Positions 26,750 through 40,880 of a DNA stretch of 64,000 nucleotides are shown in pieces. How positions within the stretch are numbered: the stretch's first letter is position 1; the number at the start of each line of letters is the position of its first letter. Under the pieces are notes generated by a model. It was not told the origin of the DNA and ran no database searches. It saw only the letters and a program-made list of their open reading frames with translations. The translations under genes and the position numbers were made by a program. Origin of the DNA: the human T2T-CHM13v2.0 reference genome, Homo sapiens; NCBI RefSeq assembly GCF_009914755.1, contig NC_060948.1; one strand, given 5' to 3'.

Positions 26750-27903
26750 TACTTTGACTTTGCTTCTGGGTAAGTAGCATAGCATGGTCTTCGTATTATT
26801 TCTTTAGCTATACTCAATATCAGAAATGTATGAGGGTGCCTTAATGGCTTAGATTTTAGTTGTTTTAAGAGCCTGGGGTGAGACTTTGCTGGGGTTTGGT
26901 GTACTGAGTAGGCCTGTATTCAGGCTCCTGGGTAGCATCAGTAGACAGCAGCTGTGGCAGCTGCATTGGACAGGTAAGTCCTAGGGGTCCCAGGCAGCAT
27001 GGAAGGGCCCCAGTGTGGTGCCTGTGGGCTAGGTGGGTCAGTCTTGAGTCCCTCATGTGGTACATGTGGGTGGCTATATTGGCAGTAGCAGCTTAGGATC
27101 TGGGTTGTGGGACCTGACATGACACTTACAGGTGTGTGGTTGTCTTGCTGCTGAGGGGCTGGGAGAAGTTGGTGCCTCAGTGGCAGCATCCTCAGGCAGG
27201 TATTTCCCACGTTCTATGGATCACACATTTTTGTTCCCTATGTTTTGACGCAGCCACTCAAATATGCTGGAATGCCTATTCCCTGGGGTATAGGATGCTG
27301 CATGATTTCCATCACCATGGACCCAACCACATTGCTGCATCCAGCTGACATCATGACACTGAGGCCTCTGGGTGGACAAGAGGGCATGTCAGCAAGGACC
27401 CAAGACACGGAGATGCAGGGGATATTGGACCCCTGGGCAAAAGGCTCTCTGATGTAGGTTCTAGACAGCCTTTTGCTCAATATCACCCTCAATACTGGGC
27501 CATGCACCAGCAGGGTGGGCCTCTGTGGGCACCGGGTCTTGCATGAGTTCCCTCTCTGGGACAGTGTAGTTGTGTGGACGTCAGGCAGGTCTCTGTTATT
27601 AGGCTTAGGATCTGTCCTCACAGGGCCAAGGGGATTCTCTGCATCTAGGATTGCAAATGCAGTCTTTCTTTCTCCCACAGTGGAGAATTCCTTTTGGTTT
27701 TGAGCCAATTCCAGCTGGCTGCTTTGGTCCCTCTCTATACTGCTGCCATCCCCAGTTTTCATGTCTTAGAGAGTCACTGTCACTTCCCTGCTGAATTCCA
27801 GCCTTCTCCCAAAGATGTTCGATTCAATGCATAGTTATCTATTTGCTATTTCAGACCTTCTTTGTGGACAAGGTGAGTCTTCAGTGACTCTAGCAGCCAT
27901 CTT
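26750..27903 (-). mobile_element. Old L1 (L1M1/L1M2-like) 5' UTR
   Basis: Ends in CTCTAGCAGCCATCTT, the reverse of the L1 5' AAGATGGC start; GC-rich UTR body. Confidence 0.65.
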
Positions 27904-27904
27904 T

Positions 27905-28235
<331 letters not shown>

Positions 28236-28299
28236 TTTTATTTATTTGTTTAAAAATATATGTCAGTTATTTTTCTCTCCTTTTATCATTATTATCTCC

Positions 28300-30185
28300 T
28301 TATAGTATTCCATATGTTATCATCCTGCTTCATAATGTTCCATAAGTTCCTTATGCTGTCTTCATGATTCCTTATTTTTCTCTTTCATTTTTATCCTCCA
28401 ATTTGATTATTTTCAAAGACTTGGCTTAATTTTGCTTATCCTTTATTCTGCTTGATCCAGTTTACTGTTCGGTCCCTCTATTTAATTTTTGATGTAGCTT
28501 CCTGTATTTTTCACTTCTTTGATTTCTGTTTGATACCTTGAAATATTTTCTACCTCTTTGTTAAACTTCTCAGTTTTTAAATGCATTACTGTCCAGACTT
28601 CTGGTAATACCTTAGAGCTTTCTGTTTTGATTTCCCTGTCAGGGACATTACATACTTTCATTTTATCAGAGTCCAGTTCTGTTTATTTCTTTTGTTCTTT
28701 ACCTCAGAACATATTTTCCTCTCCACTGCACTCCCTCACTGCCCTGCCCTCCTGTAACCACTACCACCAGCCCCATTTTTCTTGACTATGAGTTGGTTTC
28801 TGCAAGTCAGTGAAGACAACCATCTTTCTCTGTTGTCCTTAACTCATCCTACGTAGGAAATTTCATTTCCTTATCAGTGCAACCAGGGATTCCAGGTGCT
28901 TCTCAATTCTGTGATTGTCCAACTCACTGTCTTTCTTCTTATGCCCCCCTCGATTGTAGTATGTGTGAAATCATACTATTCCTTTGACACAGGCAAGATA
29001 GTAGCCAGCCCCATGATATGCAGGTAAAAGGTTTTGGGATTAGATGTATATTGCTTGTGGACAAGCTTAGATTCAGAGTTTATGTCCAACTAGTTCTGCC
29101 TTATGCCAAGAATAGTGTCCATGACTGACACCTGTACAGTCATTCGTTATGCTCACTCTGAATCTGGACAGATAGCCACTGAATATTTACAACTTTGACA
29201 ATCTTGTTCTCTGTGATATAGGAGACTCAGAATACAGAGTCCCATTCACTTCCAGAAGTAGACAATTTAGGACAGTCCCTTAGATACAGGCTGTAAAATT
29301 TGTGATGCATGATGTATGCAGAAGCTACTTCCAGGGAGGTTCTACAGACATTGATTTCTCACCAGAGCAAGCCAGGGAGAAGGTAGTGCAGACTGCCTGC
29401 TTTCTCCTTCTGCATTGCCAAAGTCGCACAAGCTTCTTCCAGGAAGAACCTGCAAGGCAGATTTCTTGCTGTGGCAAGGCAGAGAAGAAAGCAAGAAGGC
29501 CTGAGAGGGGTTCACTGTCACATTTATACTTCACCAAAAATCTGTCCAGGGAGAATAGCAGGAGGGATTTATTGCTAGAACAAGCCTGTGAAGCAAGCTT
29601 GCTATGTCTGGTGACAGAAGGGGAGTGCTACCTCTTCCATTCAGGATTTCAGAGATCTAACTGCCTGATTTTCTCTGGCGAGTGATGGCAGAAATCTGCT
29701 ATTAGAGCAAGCCAGGGAAGTGAGTGTGGGAAGTGCTGTTCTTCTCATTTAGGCTTGGAAGTATTCTGACTCTCTGCCTCCTTCCAGACAGAGACTGCAG
29801 GGAATTTTGCCGGAGCAAGTCAGGAAGAATGTCTTAGGGAGTGATGTCTGTCTCTGTTTGGCTCATAGAGGTCTGTCTCCAGCCTACTTTGAGAGAATAA
29901 TTGCAGAAATCACTGAAGGAAGTGAAAGACGGCACAGTGATTGTCATTATTCTCATTTAGTCTTTCAGTAGTATTTTTCTAGCCTCCTTCCAGGGAGAGA
30001 TTTCAGAGATATATTACTAAAGCACACTAGGGAAGAAGGGACTGGAAGTGCTGAGACCTTTCTTCTTGCTCCTGAAGACTTTAAACCTCTTTCCAGGGAG
30101 AGAAAATAGGCTTTCCCTAATCACTGAAGGAAGCCAGGGAAGAAGGCCGGGGGATTGATGTCCTTCCCTTTAGGCTCCACAAGCT
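28300..30185 (-). mobile_element. Ancient L1M ORF1/5' UTR region with internal tandem repeats
   Basis: T-rich antisense ORF1-like sequence followed by ~105-bp degenerate repeats. Confidence 0.5.
29325..30180. repeat. Degenerate tandem array, unit ~100-115 bp
   Basis: Recurring CTTCCAGGGAGAG ... GAGCAAGCCAGGGAAGAAGG ... GTGCTG motifs, about 7-8 copies. Confidence 0.7.
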
Positions 30186-30229
30186 GTATTCTTTGTTTGT
30201 TTGTTTCTTTAGAGTAGGGAATACAACCT

Positions 30230-32530
30230 TAGTTACAACTCCGCTGGGCTGTAATTCTCTTCATCCTGGCACTCTTTTTTAAGAGGGGAATGTATTTTTT
30301 CTCCCAAGCATGCAAAACGTTTCTCCCAAGCCTGGTGTGAAAGTCAGCTCTATTTAACTCTTTTTTTTTTTTTTCTTCAGTGAACATTAGTCCTTTACTC
30401 CTAATCTGGAACATTCTTCTTCATGGCTGTCTTTCTTTATAGGAAACCCATTTCCTTGCATTTAGGTTGGATATCTATTCTTCCTGACTCCCCTGCTAGT
30501 AGAAATTATTTTCTGGCTGACTGGGCTTAAGTCAGGAAATCCTGACTTCCTGATATCCCTGAGCAGGGAATTATTTTCTTACTTCATAGGATAAAAGCTT
30601 TTTGTTTTTTCTCTTGCTTTGTTTTCACAACAGGGATTATTCCCTAACTTTCTGAGCTTAAAGTGTGTGTGTGTTTTTTTTATTTTTTATTTTTCATTTT
30701 TTTTGCTATCACCTCTTGGTAGGAATTACTCCCCGACTCCTGGAGTGAAAATCTCTTCTACCTTTTCTATGCTTACCTAATAGGGATTATTCTCTGACTC
30801 TGTGCTAAACATCATATCTTTTTGTTGTTGTTGTTTTATTGGTGATTAATCCCAGACTTTACGGGATAGAAATATCTTTTTAGTGGATGTCTCATCTGAA
30901 TAGAAATTATTCCCCAATTTCTGGCATAGTATTCTATTTTTCTGACTATTGTACTTCAATGGGATGTATTCCATGCCTCCTGGGGTAGAAAATTCTTCTT
31001 ATTCTTCCTCTGGATTGTTTTTCTGATTGAAGACTTTTCCCTGGACTCCTGGTGTGGAAATTTCTGGCCTTATTTGCTAAGCAGGAAAAAAAAATTCCTG
31101 GGTCTATTTCCTGTGTAGAGATTTCCTCACTCCTGGAGTGAAAACCTGTTTTTCCTGGCTCTGTTTCATAAAAGAAATTATTTTCCTGATTGGACGTCAT
31201 GTCTTTCCAGATCTCTTCCTTGAGTAACAATTATTCTCTCACTTTTTGATTTGAAAGACCTTCGTTCTTGCTCTCTTATGAAATGGAGTTTATTCCCTGG
31301 CACCTGAGCTGTAAGTCACTTATTAGCTCTCTTTTCTGACTCTCTGGATAGACATCTCTTCTTTCTGTTCTCTTTGTTAATGGGTAACATTTTTTCTGAC
31401 TACTAGATTGTCTCTCTCTCCTAAGTGAGAATAATTCTCATGTGATTCTGAGTTCATAGTCACTTCTTCTTGGTTCCCTGTCCTAAATTAGTATTATTCT
31501 CTGAATCCTTGGACTGAACTTCTTTTTTTTTCCCTTTGTTCTTTTCTCTGAGATAAATATTAAATGAGCTCTCTGGTGAAAGATTGTTTTTCTACTTCTT
31601 TTCATGATTGAAGATTATTTCCTGGCTCCCTGGGATAGAAGTTTGTCTTCCCTCACTCTTTTTTCTGATTTCAAATTTTTATCTGACATTTGGGCTCAAT
31701 ATTCTTCTTTATGACTCTATTTCCTGATAAAGATTATAACATTAGTTCATTTAAAATCCTTACTTCTCTCTCTTTAAAAAATAATAATGATTATTCTAAC
31801 TTTCTTAGGTAGGAGTTCCTTCTTATTGGCTCTGTCTTTCCCGAGTGGCATTTATTCCTAATGTGCAGAAAGTATTTTCCTCCTGGTGTTTCCCTTACTA
31901 GAGATTACTGTCTGACTCCAGGAGATAGACATTTTCTTATTTTGTTTTGTTTTTCTTAACTTGTTCTTCCCTTATTACAGATTATTCCAATTTTCTGAAG
32001 ATTATTTCCTGATACGTTAGTTGGAAATCTCATCTTCCTGGCTCTTTTTCTTTATTGGGTATTATTCCCTGTCTCCTAGTGTGACATTTTCTTTTCCCAG
32101 GTTATAATTTTTCTTATGTTTATTCCCTGACTCCCTGGGGTTGCAAGTCTCTCTTGCCTTGCTCTCTAATCTGACTGGAAATTGTTTCCTGATTTCCAAG
32201 TCTGCAACTCTTTTTTTGTCAGCTTTGCTTCATGTTTGAGATTATTCCTGTATGTTCTGTGTTGTGTACCCTTCTTCCTAAGAGGGGCTCATTCTCTGAT
32301 ATTTTTGGCTTGAATTTTCCTCCTGGATGTCTATTCTTAAGTAAGAATTTTTCCCTGATTCTCTATGCTAACCATCTTTTTTTTCTGGCTACTCCCTGAG
32401 TGGGGTTTTCCCTGACTCCATTGACTGGGTCCCCTTTTTTCTAGCCTCTTTCCTGAGTGGAGATTATTTCCTGATTCGCTATGTTGGAGACCTTTTTTTC
32501 CTTAACAGGAATTTTCCCATCTTTCTGGGC
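30230..32530. repeat. Degenerate ~60-bp tandem array (~35 copies)
   Basis: GGATTATTCCCTGACTCCTGGG-like anchor recurs about every 60 bp (e.g. 30721, 30783, 30841, 30902, 30961 and 32058, 32118, 32178, 32238). Confidence 0.85.
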
Positions 32531-32559
32531 TGTCAGGAAGTTTATCTCTATCTTAATCC

Positions 32560-32625
32560 ACCTCTATCTCTATCTAACTCTATCTCTATCTCTATCTATC
32601 TTTCTATCTCACTATCTCTGTCTCT
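32560..32625. repeat. (TCTATC)n simple repeat
   Basis: Visible hexamer run. Confidence 0.85.
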
Positions 32626-33730
32626 AATATCCACTGAAACTCTTTGACACCTCTCTCTTCTTTACTTGGATTCTTGTCTCTCCCATGGAAGTCTCATTGC
32701 CAACCATAACCCACTTTCTTGAACCCTTGTAGACTTTAGGCTTTGCTTACTCTGCATAACTTGTTGTTGGTATGCATTTTTCAAGGACAATTTGGAACTT
32801 CAAAGATCTTTGAGAAACTTAACATCTCCCTATACTGGTGCCTCTTTGATGTCTTCCTTCTTATTACTCATGTTTCTTGTTTCTCCTCTCACCACCTTCA
32901 ATCTTCCTTTTACCTTCCTTGAATTCTTTGACATATCCTCCTTCAAACCTCTCATCATCCATTCTTCTATCTACCCCTAAACAAACCTATTCCTTCCTAT
33001 TTCAGCCTTTCAACTTCTAAAGTCAACAGAAATTTAGGCTGACTAAATCAGAAGCTCTTGAGGGACTTCAGTATCTTCTCTACCCTCCAAGAAATTATTG
33101 GCCTGAAGTTGAAATGAAAAAATGGCTAATTAGAAGAGATTGAGTATTGTATCTCCCCAGCCTTTGGAGATGTGCAGACTGGAACTAGATATATTCTGTG
33201 CCTAAAATATAGTCCTCTGGCTCCACAGATACAATATTAGGACAAAATAGTCTCATAAAAGTCTTCTTCGCCAATACAGACAAAAGGTATTAGACCTCCT
33301 ATTGAATAGGCGACCTTGTCTCATTTGCCAGAAGAACAATTTAGATACAATATAAAATGGATATAAACCCAGTGAGTTTTATATTACTCTATTGCCTCAT
33401 TCATGACTAAATTTTAGGTGATCTCTAAAATCTGTTTTCCTCTATCTATATTTTCATGGCTATATGCTATATGTGTGTGATATATTTCTAGCTCTGGATA
33501 TTATTACCAAGTTAATTTTTAATATCACTTAAAAGGGTGCTATTCAAATTGGCTTAGAGACATATGATCACTATTGTGAATTACATACTCCTAATAATCC
33601 TAGAAATATATATTCAAGTTCACATGACTCATGGAAATATTTAGTAAATAAGACTAGTTTCAAATTGTTTAATACAAACAGCTACATATTACAATTTGTT
33701 GTTATTATTAAATATAAAAAGATATTTGTG

Positions 33731-34066
<336 letters not shown>

Positions 34067-34346
34067 TTACTAGTTAAGCTGTGTTATGTTCACTGGACAT
34101 TTAAGATTTTATAAACATTTATATGGCAATTGAGTCATTTCTGAAGTTCAGTAAGAATGCGTTCTCCTTTCAACAGAACCTAATTAGAACCCGTTTTTTT
34201 TTTTTTTTTTACAAAGCCTTGTCTGAAATGTCAAATATATTTAAGAATGATTTGCATAAAATCAGAGATAACTAGGCAGCTTTAAGAAGTATAATCTGAA
34301 ACTAATTGTATAAAGTTCTGACAAAGTAAACTGGAAAGGACTCTGT

Positions 34347-34600
34347 GGCTAAGCATGGTGGCTCACACCTGTAATCCCAGCACATTTGGACACAAGGGTG
34401 GGAGAATCACTTCAGCCCAGAAGTTCAAGCCTAACCTAGGCAACAAGGTAAAACCCCATCTCCAAAATCAAACAAACAGGCAAACAAATAACATACAAAA
34501 TTAGCCAAATATGGTGGTTTGCGCCTACGGTCTCAGCTACTCAGGAGGCTGAGGTTGGAGGATCACTTGAGCCCATGAGGTTGAGACTGCAGTAAGCCGG
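34347..34600 (+). mobile_element. AluJ-like SINE, 3' end lost, followed by (TA)n at 34626-34662
   Basis: GAGGATCACTTGAGCCC J-type motif; stops after GCAGTAAGCC. Confidence 0.9.
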
Positions 34601-34620
34601 ACACTGTTTCTAATTTAAAA

Positions 34621-34670
<50 letters not shown>

Positions 34671-35301
34671 GGTCAATGACAATTCTTAGTGTACTTAGGT
34701 AAAAAATGAGGACAAATCTAGTCAGACCAGACTTATTTTGTGAACAAGAGTCAAGAGAAGTAACAGCAGAGAGAATTTTGTTTCAATGGAAAACTAAAAC
34801 CACCCATGTGAGTTGTCTTACATATTTTATTAGTCTACAATTTCAATTCTTGTTTTATCCAACATATAGCTACAACTCTCCAAACTAAAATTTCAACATT
34901 GTGTCCCCCTTTCATGATTTAGCATCACTGAAAACTAAAACTGCCCAATTGTCCCCAAACCTTGTAATCTGAAGCTGGATGACTGCATTATGAACGATTT
35001 AAAAAAATCATCTTCATGCCTTTGATACCTGATGACAACACTGGAGGCATTAAAAACTGCAAACCAAAGAATTCATTAAATCATCACTGCCACCTCACAC
35101 CACCATCCTTAAGCTCAACATGTGGAAGTGTCAATTGGCTGCCTTCTGAAAGGGGAAAAGGGCCTTTGATGGGAAGTAATCCGGTCAGGATGACAGCACC
35201 CTCTTAAATGTTATTAGCACCCTCCTAAAAGACTATAGAGTTCCCAAGCCACTTATACCATGTGCAGACTCAGCAAGAGGGATGTTTAAAATCCAGGAAG
35301 T

Positions 35302-35636
<335 letters not shown>

Positions 35637-35637
35637 G

Positions 35638-36013
<376 letters not shown>

Positions 36014-36360
36014 TTAGCCTCTGGGATTACAAGAAATCTTTGTTATAAACCTCCAAGTCCAGGTATTTTCTCAAAGCAATGTCTGTGGACGAAGATGATA
36101 AAAAATTATCCTATTATTCATTCAACAGCATTATGGTCCTATGAAAAATGATGCAATAAGGATTTAACTCTTGTTTTATAAAGGCTTTTCAGAATTTATT
36201 ATAACTTACTGAAACAGAATCCCTATTCCAAGGTTGATAAATTGTATCTTACAGGTTACTCTTCAGTTTCCCATACTTTTTAATCATTATGACAGAATGC
36301 CTCATGGAGATAATTTGAGTTAAAAAATCCTAGGGACAGAATATCATAGACACTTTGTCT

Positions 36361-36687
36361 TTTTTGTTTTTCTTTTTTCTTTTTTCTTTTTTTTTTTTTT
36401 TTTGACAGTGTCTCGCTTTGTTATGCAGGCTGAAATGCAGTGGAGCAAAAAACAGGCTCACTGCAGCCTGGACCTCATGGGCTCAAACCATCTTCCTGCC
36501 TCAGCCCCCAAGGATCTGGGACTACACTGATAGACTATTACATCCAACAATGTTTTGTCTATTTTATACAGACAAGATTTCTTCATGTTGCCCAGGCTGG
36601 TCTCAAACTCCTGAGTTGAAGCGATATTCCCATCTCAGCCACCCAAAATGCTGGGATTGAAGACCTAAGCCATCACACCTACCTGGA
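36361..36687 (-). mobile_element. AluJ-like SINE
   Basis: TSD-like AGACACTTTGTCT / AGACACTGTTTCT. Confidence 0.9.
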
Positions 36688-37191
36688 CAGACACTGTTTC
36701 TCGTGCTGCTGCTGTCAAGATACACAAGACTAGGGAGTTGTATCCTTTCATTTAATCCTTACAATCCTACATTATAGGTGAATGAAAACACAACTTCATA
36801 ACATAAATAACTCACTTGAGAATCAAAGTTGGTAACTTCTCCCTTTAAAATTATTTGGAAACTAACCCTATAAAAATTATGATCTTATCAAAATTTTCTC
36901 ATAAAAATACATCCTCCTTACAGATTAGTCCATTAATTTTAAGAACTGTGGACTGTAAAACACTGGATCTTAATCTATTTCATTTCTTTAGGTTGTATGA
37001 TCAGGAAAATTAATTGGTTTACTTATTTGGGTCCAAATCTTTTCATTTTTATCATTAGATGATATCTTAAACCTTTACACAATTGCCTATCAGAAATTTT
37101 ATGATGTTGTTTTATGTTTTACACATTTCAGTTTCCAAAAACCATGAGGTTTAAAGCATTCCTATTCGTATCTTCACTTAAATCTGATAGT

Positions 37192-37477
37192 GTGAGCCTG
37201 ATGGCTCATACATGTAATCCTAGCACTTTGGGAGGCAGAGGCAGGTGAATGAGGATTTTAAGACCAGACTGGCCAACATGGAGAAATGCTGTCTGTACTA
37301 AAAAAAAAAAAAAAAAAAAAATAGCCAGCTGTGGTGGCACACACCTGTAAACCCAGTTACTCGGGATGCTGAGGCAGGAAAACAGCTCGAACCCAGAAGG
37401 TAGTGGTCACAGTGAGCCAAGATCCAGCCACTGCACCCCAGTTTGGGCAACAAAGCTAGACTCTGTCTAAAAAAAAA
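37192..37477 (+). mobile_element. AluS-like SINE with expanded middle A-tract
   Basis: Flanked by AAATCTGATA on both sides. Confidence 0.9.
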
Positions 37478-38098
37478 TCTGATAAAATCCCAAGCCTTCT
37501 AGATAATTTCTGTTTGTAAGAACTTATTGCTAAACCATTACTTACAACAACCATTGTCAAATATTATAGGAGATAATTAACATGAGTACCTCCCACATAA
37601 AAACACTTATTTTCCACTATTTAAACTAGGAACACTTAATTTCATTAAGCTATGTATTTAGGAAACATAGCTGGTTCAGATTTTATTTAGTTGGAAAACA
37701 ATGTTTTCATCACCATTATCCCCCATCAGTGACAGAAAGGCTTCAAGAAGAAGGTTCTGGATGTCTTAAACTTTAGTACCAACCATATCTAATTATTTCC
37801 TTTTATCTACATGATTCCTCTGAATGATAAACATTTTATGGTGAGGCAGAGAGTTTCATAGTCTTTCTGAATACTTCTCAAGCTTTTAAAGCTTGTAAGT
37901 GTTTAAGAGAAACACAGCCTAATTAGAAAATGTGGGCACCTTGCAAGGGAGACGTAATTTATGCCTACTTTTGCATGTATTTATATTCAAAGCTGCAAAA
38001 AAATTTTTCAACAGAAACCACACCATTTAATATCCCATTTAATTTGCTGTTAAGCACGTGTAGCCATAAAATCAGGCATTACACATTACATGTATAAT

Positions 38099-38104
38099 TT
38101 TATT
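38099..38104 (-). terminator. Polyadenylation signal of the RBMY pseudogene
   Basis: AATAAA in the context AAAATTTTCAGAATAAAATT at the end of the RBMY-like 3' UTR. Confidence 0.7.
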
Positions 38105-38351
38105 CTGAAAATTTTAATACAGCCATATCATCTAAAGAGAGAGTTTTCAAATAGCATTAACAATTATGAAATTACTTTGAAAAAACAATTCCTTTTCATC
38201 TTAAATACCTCAGAAAATTCATGGAGGAAGTTAGGATCTACCTCTCCCCCAAAATCAACATTTTGTTTTAGTGGTACTCACGAACTGATACAGAAATAAC
38301 ATTTTAATTTTTGATTTGCAAGCAAGGTTTGGTAAGCAATAACTATTATCT

Positions 38352-38487
38352 TTCTTTTTTTTATTTTTACTTTGTGAGACAGGTTTGCTTTGTTGCCCAG
38401 GCTAGAGTGCAGTGACAAGATCTGGGCTCACTGCAACCTCTGCCTTCTGGGTTCAAGCAATTCTCCTGCCTCGGCCTCCTGAGTACC
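38352..38487 (-). mobile_element. 5'-truncated Alu in the RBMY 3' UTR
   Basis: Right arm plus tail; TSD TAACTATTAT at 38340 and 38492. Confidence 0.9.
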
Positions 38488-38515
38488 ACGGTAACTATTA
38501 TTTTTAATATCTCCT

Positions 38516-38817
38516 TTAATATCTGCTTCAGCCTCCTTTTTCACCTTGTTTTCCCTCACCACTTGCTGTAGATGCCCCATAACTTGAGCTACTGTATCCT
38601 TCACCAGCAGCAGGGTGCACCCTATCCACAGAAGGTAGATTCCTTCATTCCTTTCTGCCACCGCGCTCATGACCACAGGAATATAAATCACCACTGCTTC
38701 ATGAGTAACTCTCCTGACTTCTGCCATATATATCTCATGTACTGTTATAATCATAGTGACTACTTCCACCATAACTCATCCAAGGCTCTCATGCAGGTTG
38801 TTCACCAGGAGAGGTCC
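38516..38817 (-). pseudogene. RBMY: RBMY last exon, coding part, with five in-frame TGA stops
   Basis: GTSPGEQPA*EPWMSYGGSS...EKGG*SRY followed by TAA (38516-38518). Confidence 0.92.
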
Positions 38818-39230
38818 CTGCAAGGTTGATAAAATATAGAACTTATAATGAACTACATTTAAACATTTTTAATGGTATCACTAATGCATGTATCAGTTAA
38901 AGTACTATTTGGAAAAATCTGCTTTCCTCTGTCTTCATTGACAGCATATTAATTATGTCTGAAATAGTCAAAAGGTTGCATTTAAAAGAATATAAGAATA
39001 GTATTTTGAAGCATAAGAAAGTTTATTTTAAAGTGAACGTTAAGTCACATTTTCTGAAAATGAACTGAAGTTCTCACCTACATGTTCACCACGCATTATA
39101 CTGTTAACAATTCTCAGTGTTTAAACATGTTATATTTTTCCTTTATGATTTTCCTTAAAATTGTATTAAAACAATAATCTGGTGTATTAAATATAATACT
39201 ATAATTTACAAATCAAACCCTGACACTTAC

Positions 39231-39319
39231 CATAACTCTGATATGCATTTCTGTAAGAACTTCCACTGGGATGTACTAAAGGATCTCTACCACGGCCCCC
39301 ACCACAGCCATCACAGTCA
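39231..39319 (-). pseudogene. RBMY: RBMY penultimate exon (89 nt)
   Basis: DCDGCGGGRGRDPLVHPSGSSYRNAYQSYG; intact AG/GT; 81-nt upstream intron. Confidence 0.9.
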
Positions 39320-39400
39320 CTAAATTTAAAAAAGGTTTGCTAACGTCAGCAGGAACAACTTAAGAAATCCCTTTGACAAAATCAGAAAATATTATAGTAC

Positions 39401-39511
39401 CTATATGCTCTAGAGGATTGTTCATTCCAACTAGAATGACCGTAATCATGGTATCCATAATCTCTAGATGGTGGAGCATAATCCCTGGTGTCCCGGGAAC
39501 TTGTATGAATT
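39401..39511 (-). pseudogene. RBMY: RBMY SRGY-box exon (111 nt, single copy)
   Basis: [36 protein letters not shown] with intact AG/GT. Confidence 0.95.
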
Positions 39512-39579
39512 CTGCTTGCATAAGTTAAAGCAACAAATTTTAAATTATCAACTTCTAGTATCCAAAACATAAATAACTT

Positions 39580-40095
39580 ACAACTTGAACAAAATGAAGG
39601 GCCAAATACTTGAATACATATTTCTCCAACTAAAATATGCAAATGCTCAAAAAGCACATGGAACAAATAATCATAATTAGTTATTCAGAAATTGCATTTC
39701 AAAACCAAAATGAGATACTATACTGCACACATACTGGAATGGAAATGATTTTTAAAAAGCAGGAAATATCAAGTGTTTGAGAAGATGTAGATAATTTGGA
39801 ACCCTCATACAAATGCTAGTTGGAATGGAAAATGGTGCAGCTACTATGGAGAAATGGGGTGGTTCCTCAAGAAAATAAATACAATTATCATAGGACCAAG
39901 CAATTCCACTCACTCATATATACCAAGAATTGAATAAGTGTATGCAAACAAATATGTGTATATAGAAATACTGTGGTGGAAACAACCCAAACAAAATAAT
40001 GGGTTAGCAGGTTGTGTAAGGAGAGAAGTGCTGCAATGTAAATGAACATTCAGAGCATCATGCAAACGAAAGGAGACAGTTATAAAAAGTCTTGT
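39580..40095 (+). mobile_element. L1M ORF2 3'-end fragment (intronic)
   Basis: AAAACCAAAATGAGATAC...GGAACCCTCATAC...GCAATTCCACTC motifs. Confidence 0.75.
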
Positions 40096-40097
40096 AG

Positions 40098-40435
<338 letters not shown>

Positions 40436-40612
40436 TCTCCAGCTAAGTAACATCACTGTGTCTTAAATGGCTAAGTTTTAGTTGTTTATAAATATTTCCT
40501 AAATATGATAATCTTACAAATTTACATTTGTCTAAACTAATACAATTTAGTATTTATGTACCAAAGTAGTGCAATACAAACAATAAAAGTTGGTTTAGAA
40601 AACCCAGAAAAT

Positions 40613-40880
40613 GGCTGGGTGCAGTGGCTCATGCCTGTAATCACAGCACTTTGGGAGTCTGAGGTGGGCGGATCACGAAGTTAAGAGATCAAGACCATCC
40701 TGGGCAACATGGTGAAACCCCATCTCTACTAAAAATACAAAAATTCACTGGGCCTCTTGGCACACAACTGTAGTCCCAGCTACACGGGAAGCTAAAGCAG
40801 GAGAATCACTTGGCTGGGAGCCAGAGGTTGCAGTGAGCTGAGATCGTGCCACTGCATTCCAGCCTGGCAACTGAAGAAAA
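40613..40880 (+). mobile_element. AluS-like SINE
   Basis: Dimer with degraded 3' end. Confidence 0.9.

Noticed and set aside
27238-27762. 174-aa ORF
   Set aside because: Lies in the GC-rich 5' UTR of an old L1; no recognisable domain
30230-32530. CRISPR-like repeat-spacer appearance
   Set aside because: Eukaryotic context, degenerate cores, 'spacers' homologous to each other, no cas genes
38428-38772. 114-aa minus-strand ORF
   Set aside because: Alternative frame of the RBMY last exon running into an Alu
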